Assembly: GCA_963805975.1 (NCBI GenBank)
Contig: CAWDVR010000004.1
Location: 128,001-192,000 of the forward strand
From: an uncultured Acidobacteriota bacterium
GTDB taxonomy: Bacteria > Acidobacteriota > Thermoanaerobaculia > Multivoradales > SZUA-115
Direction of reading: 5' to 3'
DNA: 64,000 nucleotides
The first letter of the stretch is position 1; every line of letters starts with the position of its first letter. Below are positions 29,439 through 38,729 of this stretch, in pieces. The notes below the pieces were generated by a model. The model worked only from the letters and a program-made list of their open reading frames with translations. It was not told the DNA's origin and did not search any database. The position numbers and the translations under genes were made by a program.

Positions 29439-30947
29439 TCAGGCCTCCGAGGGGGCGGCGGAGCAGGAGGCGCTCCCTCCGGGCTCACGGCGGAGCGCCG
29501 GCACCAGGCTGAGCAGGAACATGTAGGCGTACCCCTGAAGGAAGAGATAGAGAAAGGGGAGCGAGAGCCACATGCCGCTCTGCGCGGCCCAGACGACAGA
29601 GACCGCGAAGTACAGCGCCAGCAGGCCCTCGAAGAGCACCGCGGGGCGGACCAGCGCCCGATACCGCTTGCCCAGCCACTGGCCGCCGCGCTCCGTGACC
29701 GCGTACTTGGGGGTGCGGTGGAAGACCCCGCCGCGCGTGGCCAGGCCCGCCAGCGCGGCCGAGGCATTGCTGACCGCGAGGCCGATCCCCAGCGCCATCA
29801 GCGCGGGCAGCACCGCGAGCTCGCGCCGCGACCCGCCGCCGGGGATCACCTGGCTCACGCCGTAGAAGGCGAGCACCGAGACGGTGGCCGCCAGGAACAG
29901 GGGCAGGTCGACGGCGAGCAGCACGACAGGCGAGCTGCCGCGGCGGAGCACCATCGCCGGCAGGACGAGGAGCGAGAGCAGGACCATCAGCGGGTAGCTC
30001 AGGTTGTTGGTGAGGTGGACGGCGGCCTCGAGCTTGGTGGGCCAGGGAATCGGGGCCCGGAGAATGCGGCCGAGGAGCTTTCTCCCGGTCTGCACCGAGC
30101 CCTTGGCCCAGCGCTGCTGCTGGCTCTTGAAGCCGTTGACCTCGACCGGCAGCTCGGCCGGTGCGTGGACCTCCGGCAGGTACAAAAAACGCCAGCCGGC
30201 GAGTTGCGCGCGGTAGGAGAGGTCCAGGTCTTCGGTCACGGTGTCGTGCTGCCAGCCGCCCGCCTGCTCGATCGCCTCCCGCCGCCACACGCCGGCCGTG
30301 CCGTTGAAGTTGAAGAAGCAGCCGCCGCCGTGGCGGGCGGCGTGCTCGATCAGGAAATGGCCGTCGAGGAGGATGGCCTGCACCCGAGTGAGCAGCGAGG
30401 AATGGCGGTTGAGGTGGCTCCAGCGCGCCTGCACCAACCCCAAGCCGGGATCGGCGGCGAGGTGCGGCACGGTGCGCCCGAGGAAGTCGGCCGCGGGCAG
30501 AAAGTCGGCGTCGAAAATGGCCACCAGCTCGCCCCGCGCCAGCTCGAGGCCGTGCGCGAGAGCCCCTGCCTTGAAGCCGTGGCGCGCGGCGCGCCGCAGG
30601 TGGTGGATGTCGATGCCCTCGCGCCGGAACCGGGCGACGCTCGCGGCCACCAGCTCGACGGTCTCGTCGGTCGAATCGTCGAGCACCTGGATCTCGAAGC
30701 GGTCGCGCGGATAGTCGAGCCGGCTGACGGCCTCGATCAGCCGCTGGGCGACGTACATCTCATTGTAAAGTGGCAACTGAACAGTGACGAACGGCGACAG
30801 GGAAGGTTCGGGCGGCGGAGCGGCTCGCCGGCCGCGGGTCCGCCAATAGACGGCGAGCAGCACCAGCCGGTGGACGCCGTAGAAAGCCAGCACGCCGAGG
30901 GTGAGGTAGTAGAGTGCCAGGAGCACCGTCGCCAGTGGGTTCGGCAT
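29439..30947 (-). CDS. Membrane GT2 glycosyltransferase (cellulose-synthase-like)
   Basis: VTVQLPLYNE, DDSTD, GFKAGAL, FDADF, FNGTAG, TEDLD, QQQRW; C-terminal TM helices. Confidence 0.93.
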   Translation of the reverse strand: MPNPLATVLLALYYLTLGVLAFYGVHRLVLLAVYWRTRGRRAAPPPEPSLSPFVTVQLPLYNEMYVAQRLIEAVSRLDYPRDRFEIQVLDDSTDETVELVAASVARFRREGIDIHHLRRAARHGFKAGALAHGLELARGELVAIFDADFLPAADFLGRTVPHLAADPGLGLVQARWSHLNRHSSLLTRVQAILLDGHFLIEHAARHGGGCFFNFNGTAGVWRREAIEQAGGWQHDTVTEDLDLSYRAQLAGWRFLYLPEVHAPAELPVEVNGFKSQQQRWAKGSVQTGRKLLGRILRAPIPWPTKLEAAVHLTNNLSYPLMVLLSLLVLPAMVLRRGSSPVVLLAVDLPLFLAATVSVLAFYGVSQVIPGGGSRRELAVLPALMALGIGLAVSNASAALAGLATRGGVFHRTPKYAVTERGGQWLGKRYRALVRPAVLFEGLLALYFAVSVVWAAQSGMWLSLPFLYLFLQGYAYMFLLSLVPALRREPGGSASCSAAPSEA

Positions 30948-32344
30948 CGCCAACGTCCCCGATCTCCTCTCGCGTTCCTGGGCCCGCCTGGGCCGTCCTG
31001 CGCCTCGCTCTGCCCCTGGCTCTCCTCGAGGTCGGCTGGCTCCTGTGCTGGGACCTCGCGCGCCACCTCGAGGCGGCGCTCCTGCTGTTCGCCGCCGGGT
31101 TCGCCTTCCTGATCTACGCCGCGCGGCGCCTCGAGGGTGCCTCTGCCCGCGCCGGCGCCGTCATCCTGCTTGCCGCCGCCGGTCTACGCCTTCTCGTCCT
31201 GCCCTTGCCCCCCAGCCTCTCCGACGATGCGCTGCGCTACCTCTGGGATGGACGCGTCGTGGCGCACGGCCAGAACCCGTACCGGCTCGCGCCGGGAGAT
31301 CCCGAGCTGGCCGCGCTTCGCGATGGGTCGTGGCAGCAGGTGCCGCACCGTGAAGTGCCGACAGTGTATCCGCCTCTCGCTCTCGGCTTCTTCGCCTTGG
31401 CGTCTCTCTCGCCGGTGCCGCTCCTCACCTGGAAGGCGACGGTGGCCGCGGCCGACCTCGCGGGCTGCTGGGCCCTTCTCTTCTTGGCAGTACGCCGCGG
31501 AGTGCCGGCCGGGCGAGTGGTGTGGTACGCCTGGAACCCCCTGGTGGTGCTCGAGGGCGCGGGCATGGGCCACGTGGACGCCCTGGGCACGGCCGCGGCC
31601 GTGGCGGCCGTGGCGCTGCTCGCGACCGGGCGCCCCGCCCGCGCCGGCCTCGCCGCTGCGGCCGGCGCTCTCGCCAAGCTCGCTCCGCTCGCGGCCCTTC
31701 CGGCCTGGGCCGGAGCGTCGAGGCGGCCCTGGCATTTTCTCGCCGTCGCGCTCGGCGTGACGGCGGCGGCGGTGCTGCCGGTGCTGGCGGCGAGCGGTGG
31801 CATCCCCCCCGGCCTCAGAACCTACGGGCTCTCCTGGGAGTTCAACGGCCCGGTGTTCGAACCGCTCTGGCGCGGGCTCGACGCGGCGGGGGCGGCCCCG
31901 CGCCTCCACGGGCTCCTGGATGGCGCGAAGGGTTGGACGGCGCACCGCTGGGACGGCGCTCTGAACCACCTGTACCCCTACCTCTATCCACAGCTCCTGG
32001 CGAAAGCGCTGCTCGCCGGCGGCATGATCCTCGTGCTCCTGCGATCCGCGCGCGGCCGGGACGCGGTCATGGCCACGGGCCAGCTCTTCGGCGGCCTGCT
32101 GCTGCTGTGGTCGACCGTCTATCCCTGGTACCTGCTGTGGGTTCTCCCCTGGGCTGCCCTGGCCCGGCACCCCGCGTGGCTCGCGCTCTCGGGTCTCACC
32201 CTGCTGAGCTACTGGGCCCGGGTGCAGCCCGCCGCCCAGTGGCCCTGGATCTATCTCGGGGTGTGGCTGCCTTTTTTCACTCTGCTCCTCCTCACCCGGC
32301 GGGGCTGGGAGGCCCGGGAAGGCACGGCTGCCCATGGGGTCTGA
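30914..32344 (+). CDS. Polytopic GT-C glycosyltransferase (GT87/DUF2029-like); start uncertain
   Basis: SLSDDALRYLWDG, NPY, TVYPP, YAWNPL, GHVD, WEFNG, VYPWYLLW. Confidence 0.8.
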   Translation: MPGAPSPVGSASPTSPISSRVPGPAWAVLRLALPLALLEVGWLLCWDLARHLEAALLLFAAGFAFLIYAARRLEGASARAGAVILLAAAGLRLLVLPLPPSLSDDALRYLWDGRVVAHGQNPYRLAPGDPELAALRDGSWQQVPHREVPTVYPPLALGFFALASLSPVPLLTWKATVAAADLAGCWALLFLAVRRGVPAGRVVWYAWNPLVVLEGAGMGHVDALGTAAAVAAVALLATGRPARAGLAAAAGALAKLAPLAALPAWAGASRRPWHFLAVALGVTAAAVLPVLAASGGIPPGLRTYGLSWEFNGPVFEPLWRGLDAAGAAPRLHGLLDGAKGWTAHRWDGALNHLYPYLYPQLLAKALLAGGMILVLLRSARGRDAVMATGQLFGGLLLLWSTVYPWYLLWVLPWAALARHPAWLALSGLTLLSYWARVQPAAQWPWIYLGVWLPFFTLLLLTRRGWEAREGTAAHGV

Positions 32345-33131
32345 CACCGCGAGCGCCGCGGTGACCTACCGGCTGACGCTCGGCTATCGCGGCACTGCAT
32401 ACGCCGGCTGGCAGTGGCAGGCCAATGCCATGGCCGTGCAGCAGGTGGTCGAGGAGGCGCTGGCCGAGCTCGTCGGCCAGCCGGTGCGAGTCGTGGGCGC
32501 CAGCCGGACGGATGCCGGCGTGCATGCTCGCGGGCAGGTCGCGCACCTGGTGCTGAGAGCGCCTTTCCCCGAACGCGGCCTGGTCCATGGTGCCAACCAC
32601 CGGCTGCCGGAGGACGTGCGGGTGATCGCCGCGGCGCGCGCCCCCGACGGCTTCCACGCCCGGCGCATGGCGCGCTCGAAGCTCTATCGCTACCGGCTGG
32701 TGCGCTGCCGCGTGCTCTCGCCGCTCGAGGCGCCGTTCGCCGCCCGCACCGATCAGCGCCTGGACGTCCAGCGCATGCAGGCGGCGGCGGAGCTGCTGGC
32801 CGGGACCCACGACTTCTCGGCCTTTGCGCTCGCCGGCGGCGCACACCAGACCACCCGCCGGCGGATCTTCTCCGCGAGCTGGCGCGAAGAAGCCGAGGCC
32901 CTCGAGCTGCTGATCGAAGGCGAGGGTTTCCTCCGGGGCATGGTGCGCTCGCTGGTGGGGACTCTGGTGGAGGTCGGCCGGGGCCGGCGCTCGGTGGCGA
33001 GCTTCGCCGAGCTCTTGACCGGCCGGCCGCGCGGCGAGGCCGGCCCCACGGCGCCGGCGCAGGGGTTGACGCTCGAGAAGGTGACTTACCCTGCCCGGTG
33101 GGGCGTCGGCGAGCCGCCGGCCGCGCGATAG
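32334..33131 (+). CDS. truA: tRNA pseudouridine(38-40) synthase
   Basis: YRGTAYAGWQ, GASRTDAGVHARGQ, GTHDFSAF, FLRGMVR, TAPAQGLTL. Confidence 0.96.
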   Translation: MGSDTASAAVTYRLTLGYRGTAYAGWQWQANAMAVQQVVEEALAELVGQPVRVVGASRTDAGVHARGQVAHLVLRAPFPERGLVHGANHRLPEDVRVIAAARAPDGFHARRMARSKLYRYRLVRCRVLSPLEAPFAARTDQRLDVQRMQAAAELLAGTHDFSAFALAGGAHQTTRRRIFSASWREEAEALELLIEGEGFLRGMVRSLVGTLVEVGRGRRSVASFAELLTGRPRGEAGPTAPAQGLTLEKVTYPARWGVGEPPAAR

Positions 33132-33194
33132 GCGTGTGGTAACTTACGCCGCCACAGCCATGGTCTACTCGCGCGGCCCGGCCGCGTTCGTCTC

Positions 33195-34013
33195 ATGAAG
33201 CGGCTGCTGACCGCCGCGATCGGCGTCCCGCTGGCGCTGCTGGCCGTCTTCCGTCTCGAATCGCTCGGCTTTTTCCTGGTCTGTGGCGTGGCCGTGGGAT
33301 GGGCGGCCGTCGAGCTCGTGGCCATCGCCCGCGCCTGGGCTCCGGGCGCGCCCCTGGGAGTGCTGCCGGTGCTCGCCCTCGGGCTCGCGGCCTTCCTGGC
33401 GCTGCCCCAGGTTCCCCACGACATCGCACCCCTCGCCTTCATGCTGGTGGGGGTGGCCCTCACCGTGGGTCTCGGAACGCTGGTGCTCCTCGCGAGGACG
33501 CCTCCGGGAGAGGTGCCGGCGGCGCTCGGCACGCTCGGCTACGGCACGCTGTATCTCGCGCTGCCGCTCGCCAGCGTGGTTCACCTCCAGCGTCAGGACC
33601 CGTGGCTCGTCTTCCTCCTGGTGACGATCGTCTGGCTGGGGGACACGGCCGCCTACTACGTGGGCTCGGCGTGGGGGCGCCATCGGATGGCGCCGGTGGT
33701 CAGCCCGAAGAAGACCTGGGAAGGGGCGGTGGCGGGTCTCGCCATCGGCCTCGTCTCGACCGTGGTGTGGAGCTACCTGCGCCTGGGCCGCTTCGAGCTC
33801 GCCGTGCTCGCGGCCGGCCTCGCGACGGCGATCGCCGCCCAGCTCGGCGATCTCGTCGAGTCGCTGTTCAAGCGCGCCTCGGGGATCAAGGACTCGGGCC
33901 GCGTGCTGCCCGGCCACGGCGGCCTGCTCGACCGCGCGGACGCTCTGCTGTTCGCCGGCCCGGTGCTCTGGTTGAGCTGGCTGGCGGCCCAGAGCGCCTT
34001 CGACGTGCGGTAG
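33195..34013 (+). CDS. cdsA: Phosphatidate cytidylyltransferase
   Basis: DTAAYYVG, VSPKKTWEG, GDLVESLFKR..GIKDSG.VLPGHGGLLDRAD. Confidence 0.96.
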   Translation: MKRLLTAAIGVPLALLAVFRLESLGFFLVCGVAVGWAAVELVAIARAWAPGAPLGVLPVLALGLAAFLALPQVPHDIAPLAFMLVGVALTVGLGTLVLLARTPPGEVPAALGTLGYGTLYLALPLASVVHLQRQDPWLVFLLVTIVWLGDTAAYYVGSAWGRHRMAPVVSPKKTWEGAVAGLAIGLVSTVVWSYLRLGRFELAVLAAGLATAIAAQLGDLVESLFKRASGIKDSGRVLPGHGGLLDRADALLFAGPVLWLSWLAAQSAFDVR

Positions 34014-34129
34014 CAGGCCCCGGTGGTGGGGTATCGGGGCATTCTCGCTCTGTCCCCGGCCGCTCCGGTATAGTCCGGGCGGCGAGCCCGCGGCTCGCTC
34101 CACCCGCCCACCAACCCACGGAACTCCAG

Positions 34130-35425
34130 ATGGAATTGCTGCGAACCATCGTCGCCTTCACCTTCACCCTGGGCGTCATCATCTTCGTGCACGAGTTCGG
34201 GCACCTGATCGTGGCCCGCGCCTTCAACGTCCGGGTGCTGGCTTTCTCCCTGGGCTTCGGCAAGAGGATCTGGGGCTTCACCCGCGGCGAGACCGACTAT
34301 CGCCTCTCGCTCGTCCCCCTGGGCGGCTACGTCAAGCTCGGCGGCGAGCACGCCGAGGAAGCGTCGAGCGATCCGCGGGACTTCGTCAACCGGCCGCGCT
34401 GGCAGCGCATCCTGGTCTACCTGGCCGGCCCGGCCATGAACGTGCTGCTGGCGGTGGTGCTGGTGGCCGTGGTGTTCATGGTCGGGATCGAGCTCGAGCC
34501 GCGCAAGGTGCCGCCGGTGGTGGGCGCGGTCGAGCCCGGCTCGGCGGGAGAGCGGGCGGGCCTCGCGATGGGGGATCGCATCCTGGCGATCGCCGGGACG
34601 CCGGTCGCCCAGTTCCAGGACGTCAAGATGAAGGTCTTCGAGTCGCCCGAGAAGGCCCTGGCGGTCGACTACGAACGCGCCGGCGAGAAGCGATCGACCA
34701 CGTTGACTCCGGACAAGGAAGACCGCTACGGGTTCGGCGACGCCGGGCTCTGGGGCCCGGGCAAGGTGCGCGTGCACACGGTGGTCGCCGGTCAAGCGGC
34801 GGCGGCGGCCGGTTTCCAGGTGGGCGACGAGATCCTGAAGGTCGACCACCGGGCGGTGGTGGTGCAGCAGGAGCTCATCGACTACATCCGGGAGCACCCG
34901 GGCGAGGCCCTCGAGGTGGAGATCCAGCGGGGCGCCGCCCGCCAGACCCTCTCCGTGGTCCCCGAGGGCGAGAAGGGCTCGGCGGTGATCGGCATCCGGA
35001 TGACGCTGAGCTTCTACCAGCGTTATCCGCCCGGCCAGGCGATCGTCGAGAGCGTGTACTACAACGCCGATCTCGTGCGCCAGACGTTCAGCATCCTGGG
35101 CAAGGTGCTGACCGGCAGGGCGGCCGCCAAGAACAATCTTGCCGGCCCGATCGAGATCGCCGCGCTGAGCGGCGAGGTGGCGAGCCGGGGCTGGGTGGAC
35201 CTCCTCTTCTTCATGGGCTTCATCTCGATCTCGATCGCCATCGTCAACCTGCTGCCGATCCCGGTGCTCGACGGCGGCCAGATGACGATCCTGCTGGTCG
35301 AGAGCATCCTGCGGCGGGACCTGTCGCTGGTGGTCAAGGAGCGCTTGGCGCAGGCCGGCGTGGTGGTGATCTTCGCCCTGATGATCACCGTGATCTTCTT
35401 CGACATCCAGAAGCGGCTGCCGTGA
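34130..35425 (+). CDS. rseP: RIP metalloprotease RseP
   Basis: HEFGH, PLGGYVKL, AGPAMN, two PDZ domains, NLLPIPVLDGG. Confidence 0.96.
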   Translation: MELLRTIVAFTFTLGVIIFVHEFGHLIVARAFNVRVLAFSLGFGKRIWGFTRGETDYRLSLVPLGGYVKLGGEHAEEASSDPRDFVNRPRWQRILVYLAGPAMNVLLAVVLVAVVFMVGIELEPRKVPPVVGAVEPGSAGERAGLAMGDRILAIAGTPVAQFQDVKMKVFESPEKALAVDYERAGEKRSTTLTPDKEDRYGFGDAGLWGPGKVRVHTVVAGQAAAAAGFQVGDEILKVDHRAVVVQQELIDYIREHPGEALEVEIQRGAARQTLSVVPEGEKGSAVIGIRMTLSFYQRYPPGQAIVESVYYNADLVRQTFSILGKVLTGRAAAKNNLAGPIEIAALSGEVASRGWVDLLFFMGFISISIAIVNLLPIPVLDGGQMTILLVESILRRDLSLVVKERLAQAGVVVIFALMITVIFFDIQKRLP

Positions 35426-36228
35426 CCGTCGAGCCGCGCCAGCCGGGCAACGGAGGCCGGGCCGCCACCCTGCCCCGGCGCGCGGGCGCCCGGCTGCTCA
35501 AGGCGCTCGGCTACCTGGCCTACTTCGGCGCGCTCCTCTTTCTCTTCTTCGCCACCGCCTACTTCGCTTTCAACCTGTTCGTGAGGAGCGGCGTCACGCG
35601 CGCGCCGGACCTCGCCGGGCTGTCGCGCGAGGAGGCGATCGCCGCGCTCGAGGACCACGGCCTCGAGTGGGCGAGAACGGCCGGCGAGGGGCGCTACTCG
35701 GAGACCGTGCCGCTCGACCACGTGGTCACCCAGCAGCCGCCCGCCGGCAACCTGGTGAAACGCAGCAGCCGGGTGGCCGTGGCACTCTCGCTGGGGCCAC
35801 AGCGCACCACGGTGCCCGACGTGGAGGGCTTGGCGCTCTCCGCGGCGCAGTCCGCGGTGGTCGACGCCGGTCTCGAGGTGGGCCACGCGCTCGCCGTCTA
35901 TACCGAGCAGGGCCGCGCCGGCACCGTCTTCGAGCAGCGGCCCACCGCAGCCTCGACCGTGTCGCGCGAGACCAAGGTCGATCTCCTGGTGGCGCTCGCC
36001 AACCGCGAGCCGACCTACGTGATGCCGGACCTGGTGTACCGGAGCTACGGCGCCGTGCGGCACCGTTTCGAGGTGCAGGGCTTCCGCGTCGGGCAGCCCC
36101 GGTTCGAGCCCTACGAGGGGATTGCCGAGGGTGTTATCCTGCGGCAGGATCCGGCGCCGGGCCATCCGCTGTCCCGGCGCGCAGTGATCAACCTCGTGGT
36201 CGCCTCCGCCGGTCTGGCTGCCGAGTGA
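35422..36228 (+). CDS. Membrane-anchored triple-PASTA-domain protein
   Basis: One TM helix, then three repeats beginning APDLAG / VPDVEG / MPDLVY with Q.P.G motifs. Confidence 0.88.
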   Translation: MTVEPRQPGNGGRAATLPRRAGARLLKALGYLAYFGALLFLFFATAYFAFNLFVRSGVTRAPDLAGLSREEAIAALEDHGLEWARTAGEGRYSETVPLDHVVTQQPPAGNLVKRSSRVAVALSLGPQRTTVPDVEGLALSAAQSAVVDAGLEVGHALAVYTEQGRAGTVFEQRPTAASTVSRETKVDLLVALANREPTYVMPDLVYRSYGAVRHRFEVQGFRVGQPRFEPYEGIAEGVILRQDPAPGHPLSRRAVINLVVASAGLAAE

Positions 36229-36233
36229 TCCCC

Positions 36234-36899
36234 ATGCAGATCGCGCCCTCGATTCTCGCGGCCGACCTCGCCGACCTGGCGGGCGCTTTGCAAATCTGCG
36301 AGCGCGGAGGTGCCGACCTGATCCACGTCGACGTCATGGACGGCCATTTCGTGCCCAATCTGACCTTCGGCATCCCGGTGGTCAAAGCGCTGGCCGCGCG
36401 CACTCGCCTGCCGCTCGACGTGCACCTGATGGTTTCGAACCCGGACCGCCTGCTCGCGGACTACGTGGCTGCCGGTGCCGGGCGGGTGGCGGTGCACTGG
36501 GAAACGGCCCCCCATCTCGATCGCACCCTGGCGACGATCCGCGAAGCGGGGGCGAAAGCCGGCGTCGCCATCAACCCTGCCACCCCGGTCGAAGCGCTGA
36601 CCGATATTTTGCACACGACGGATTTCGTGCTCGTCATGTCAGTCAACCCCGGCTTCGCCGGCCAGAGCTTCCAGCCGCACGCCATCGAAAAGGTCCGCCG
36701 GCTGCGCAGCCTTCTCGAGCAGAGCGGCCGGCGGGTCGAGATCGAGGTCGACGGCGGTGTGGCGCCGGGCAATGTCCTCGAGCTGGCCCGCGCCGGCGCG
36801 GACTCGGTCGTCGTCGGTTCGGCGCTCTTCGGCAGCGCTGACCCGGTCGCTCTGATCGGCGAGCTGAGGAGCCGGGCCGCGGGCGCCCAAGCCGCCTAG
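36234..36899 (+). CDS. rpe: Ribulose-phosphate 3-epimerase
   Basis: IAPSILAAD, HVDVMDGHFVPNLTFG, DVHLM, MSVNPGFAGQ, EVDGG. Confidence 0.97.
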   Translation: MQIAPSILAADLADLAGALQICERGGADLIHVDVMDGHFVPNLTFGIPVVKALAARTRLPLDVHLMVSNPDRLLADYVAAGAGRVAVHWETAPHLDRTLATIREAGAKAGVAINPATPVEALTDILHTTDFVLVMSVNPGFAGQSFQPHAIEKVRRLRSLLEQSGRRVEIEVDGGVAPGNVLELARAGADSVVVGSALFGSADPVALIGELRSRAAGAQAA

Positions 36900-36930
36900 C
36901 CGCGGAGCCAGAGGCCCACTGGAGAACGCT

Positions 36931-37776
36931 ATGAGAGCAGCCTTGTTTCGCACCTCGTGGTCGCTGGCGCTGCTGGCGGCGGTCGCCTTCGCCGGCTGCA
37001 AGGGGGGGAAGAAAGCCGATCCCATGCTCTCGTTGTCGGCGGCCGAGTCGCTGGCCCAGGGCAAAGAGCTCCTGGCCCAGGAGAAGTACCCGCGCGCGCG
37101 GCCGTTCCTGGTCCACGCCTTCGAGGTGGAGCCCAACTCGGCCACCGGGCGCGAGGCCCTGCTGCTCGCCGCCGACACCTTCTATCTCGAGGGCGGCAGC
37201 GGCAACTACGTCTCCGCCGAGGCCAAGTACCGTGACTTCCTGAACCGCTTCCCGACCTCCGAGCGCTCGGCCTACGCACAGTTCCAGGTGGCGAGCTCGC
37301 TCGCCAAGCGCATGGAGCGGCCCGACCGCGACCAGTCGATGACCCGCAAGGCCCTGGCGGCCTGCGAGGAGCTGCTGCGTCTCTACCCCACCTCGGAGTA
37401 TGCCGCGCAGGCGCGGGAGCAGATTCGCGTGGTGCGCGACAACTTGGCCGAGCACGAGCTGGTGGTCGGGCGCTTCTACCTACGCTACGGCATCCCGGTG
37501 GCGGCGGTCCAGCGGATGGAGTACCTGCTCGCCACCTACCCCGAGTACGGCGAGAAGGACAAGGCGTTCTTCTACCTCGGCCAGGCGTACCAGGAGGCGA
37601 GGCGAGGCGAAGAGGCCAACACCACCTTCGAGCGTCTGGAGCGCCAGTTCCCCGACAGCCCGTACATCAAGGAGATCCCCAAGGTGCGCGCCAACGCGCC
37701 CGCCGCCGACAAGGGGAAGAAGGACGAGAAGGCGGCGCCCGAGGTCGACAAGGCTCCGATCGAGGGCGGGCCGTGA
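36931..37776 (+). CDS. bamD: Outer membrane protein assembly factor BamD
   Basis: Lipobox FAGC, TPR repeats, FLNRFPTS, PDRDQS.T..A, LAEHELVVGRFY. Confidence 0.9.
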   Translation: MRAALFRTSWSLALLAAVAFAGCKGGKKADPMLSLSAAESLAQGKELLAQEKYPRARPFLVHAFEVEPNSATGREALLLAADTFYLEGGSGNYVSAEAKYRDFLNRFPTSERSAYAQFQVASSLAKRMERPDRDQSMTRKALAACEELLRLYPTSEYAAQAREQIRVVRDNLAEHELVVGRFYLRYGIPVAAVQRMEYLLATYPEYGEKDKAFFYLGQAYQEARRGEEANTTFERLERQFPDSPYIKEIPKVRANAPAADKGKKDEKAAPEVDKAPIEGGP

Positions 37777-38546
37777 GACCCGGCGGGTTCGGGCGTCCCC
37801 TCCGGCTTGCCGGCGTCCTCGCCGCGATGCTCTCCTTCTCGGCCTGCGCCAGCAACCCTCTCTACCGCCGCGCCGAGGCTCCCGACGAGGTGGCCGCGCT
37901 CAAGGCCCGGGTCGTCGAGCTGCAGCGCCAGGTGACCGTGCACGAGATCGAGATTGCCCGGCTGCGGGAGAGGGTCAACGCGCTCGGCGGCCGGCCGGCG
38001 GCGGCTCCCCGCTCCACCGCGCCCCCTCCTCCGGCCTCGTCCATGCCGGAGCCGGAGGTCGTCACTCTCCCTCCCCCGGCCTCCTTCGAGGAGGATGACC
38101 TGGCCTCGGAGCCTGCCTTCGTCCCCGAGCCGGCCCGGCCGGCCTCGGCGGCACAGCCGCAGACGCCGGCGCCGCCCGAGGCCCAGGCCCTCTACGACTC
38201 CGGCTACAGCCTGGTGCAGCAGGGCCGTTACGCCGAGGCCGAGAGCCGGTTCCGGACCTTCCTCGATCAGCACGGCGACACCGAGCTGGCGGACAACGCC
38301 CTCTACTGGATCGGGGAGTCTCGCTACTCGCGAAACGACTACGCCGGAGCGCTCCCGGTCTTCCAGCAGGCCGTCGAGCGGTATCCACAGGGCAACAAGC
38401 TCGCCGATGCCCTGCTCAAGGTGGGTCTCTGCCTGGAAAAGCTCGGCGACCGGGTGGGCGCCCGAGACGTGCTCACCGAAGTGGCCCGCAGGTTTCCCGG
38501 CACCGCCGCCTCGGCCTCGGCGCAAGAGTTCCTGAGGACTCTCTAA
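37773..38546 (+). CDS. cpoB: Tol-Pal system protein CpoB/YbgF
   Basis: Lipobox FSAC, coiled coil, TPR LADNALYWIGE...YPQGNKLADALLKVG. Confidence 0.88.
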   Translation: MRPGGFGRPLRLAGVLAAMLSFSACASNPLYRRAEAPDEVAALKARVVELQRQVTVHEIEIARLRERVNALGGRPAAAPRSTAPPPPASSMPEPEVVTLPPPASFEEDDLASEPAFVPEPARPASAAQPQTPAPPEAQALYDSGYSLVQQGRYAEAESRFRTFLDQHGDTELADNALYWIGESRYSRNDYAGALPVFQQAVERYPQGNKLADALLKVGLCLEKLGDRVGARDVLTEVARRFPGTAASASAQEFLRTL

Positions 38547-38625
38547 GCCCGGCCCTGGCTGGCCGAGGAGAGGCGCAGCGGTTCAAGCAACGCTTGAGGC
38601 GAGTCGGGCTAAAGCACTCTAAATC

Positions 38626-38654
38626 TTGACACTCGGGTCAAAACAGGGTAGCTT
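38626..38654 (+). promoter_or_regulatory. Putative sigma70 promoter for the LysM gene
   Basis: TTGACA-17 bp-TAGCTT in an AT-richer intergenic region. Confidence 0.6.
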
Positions 38655-38729
38655 GGCAAATAGAGACTTCAGTATAGGTCAGGCCTGCCTCCGAGGCGCG
38701 GCCCCCCGATGCGTGGGAGGTTCCCTGCG

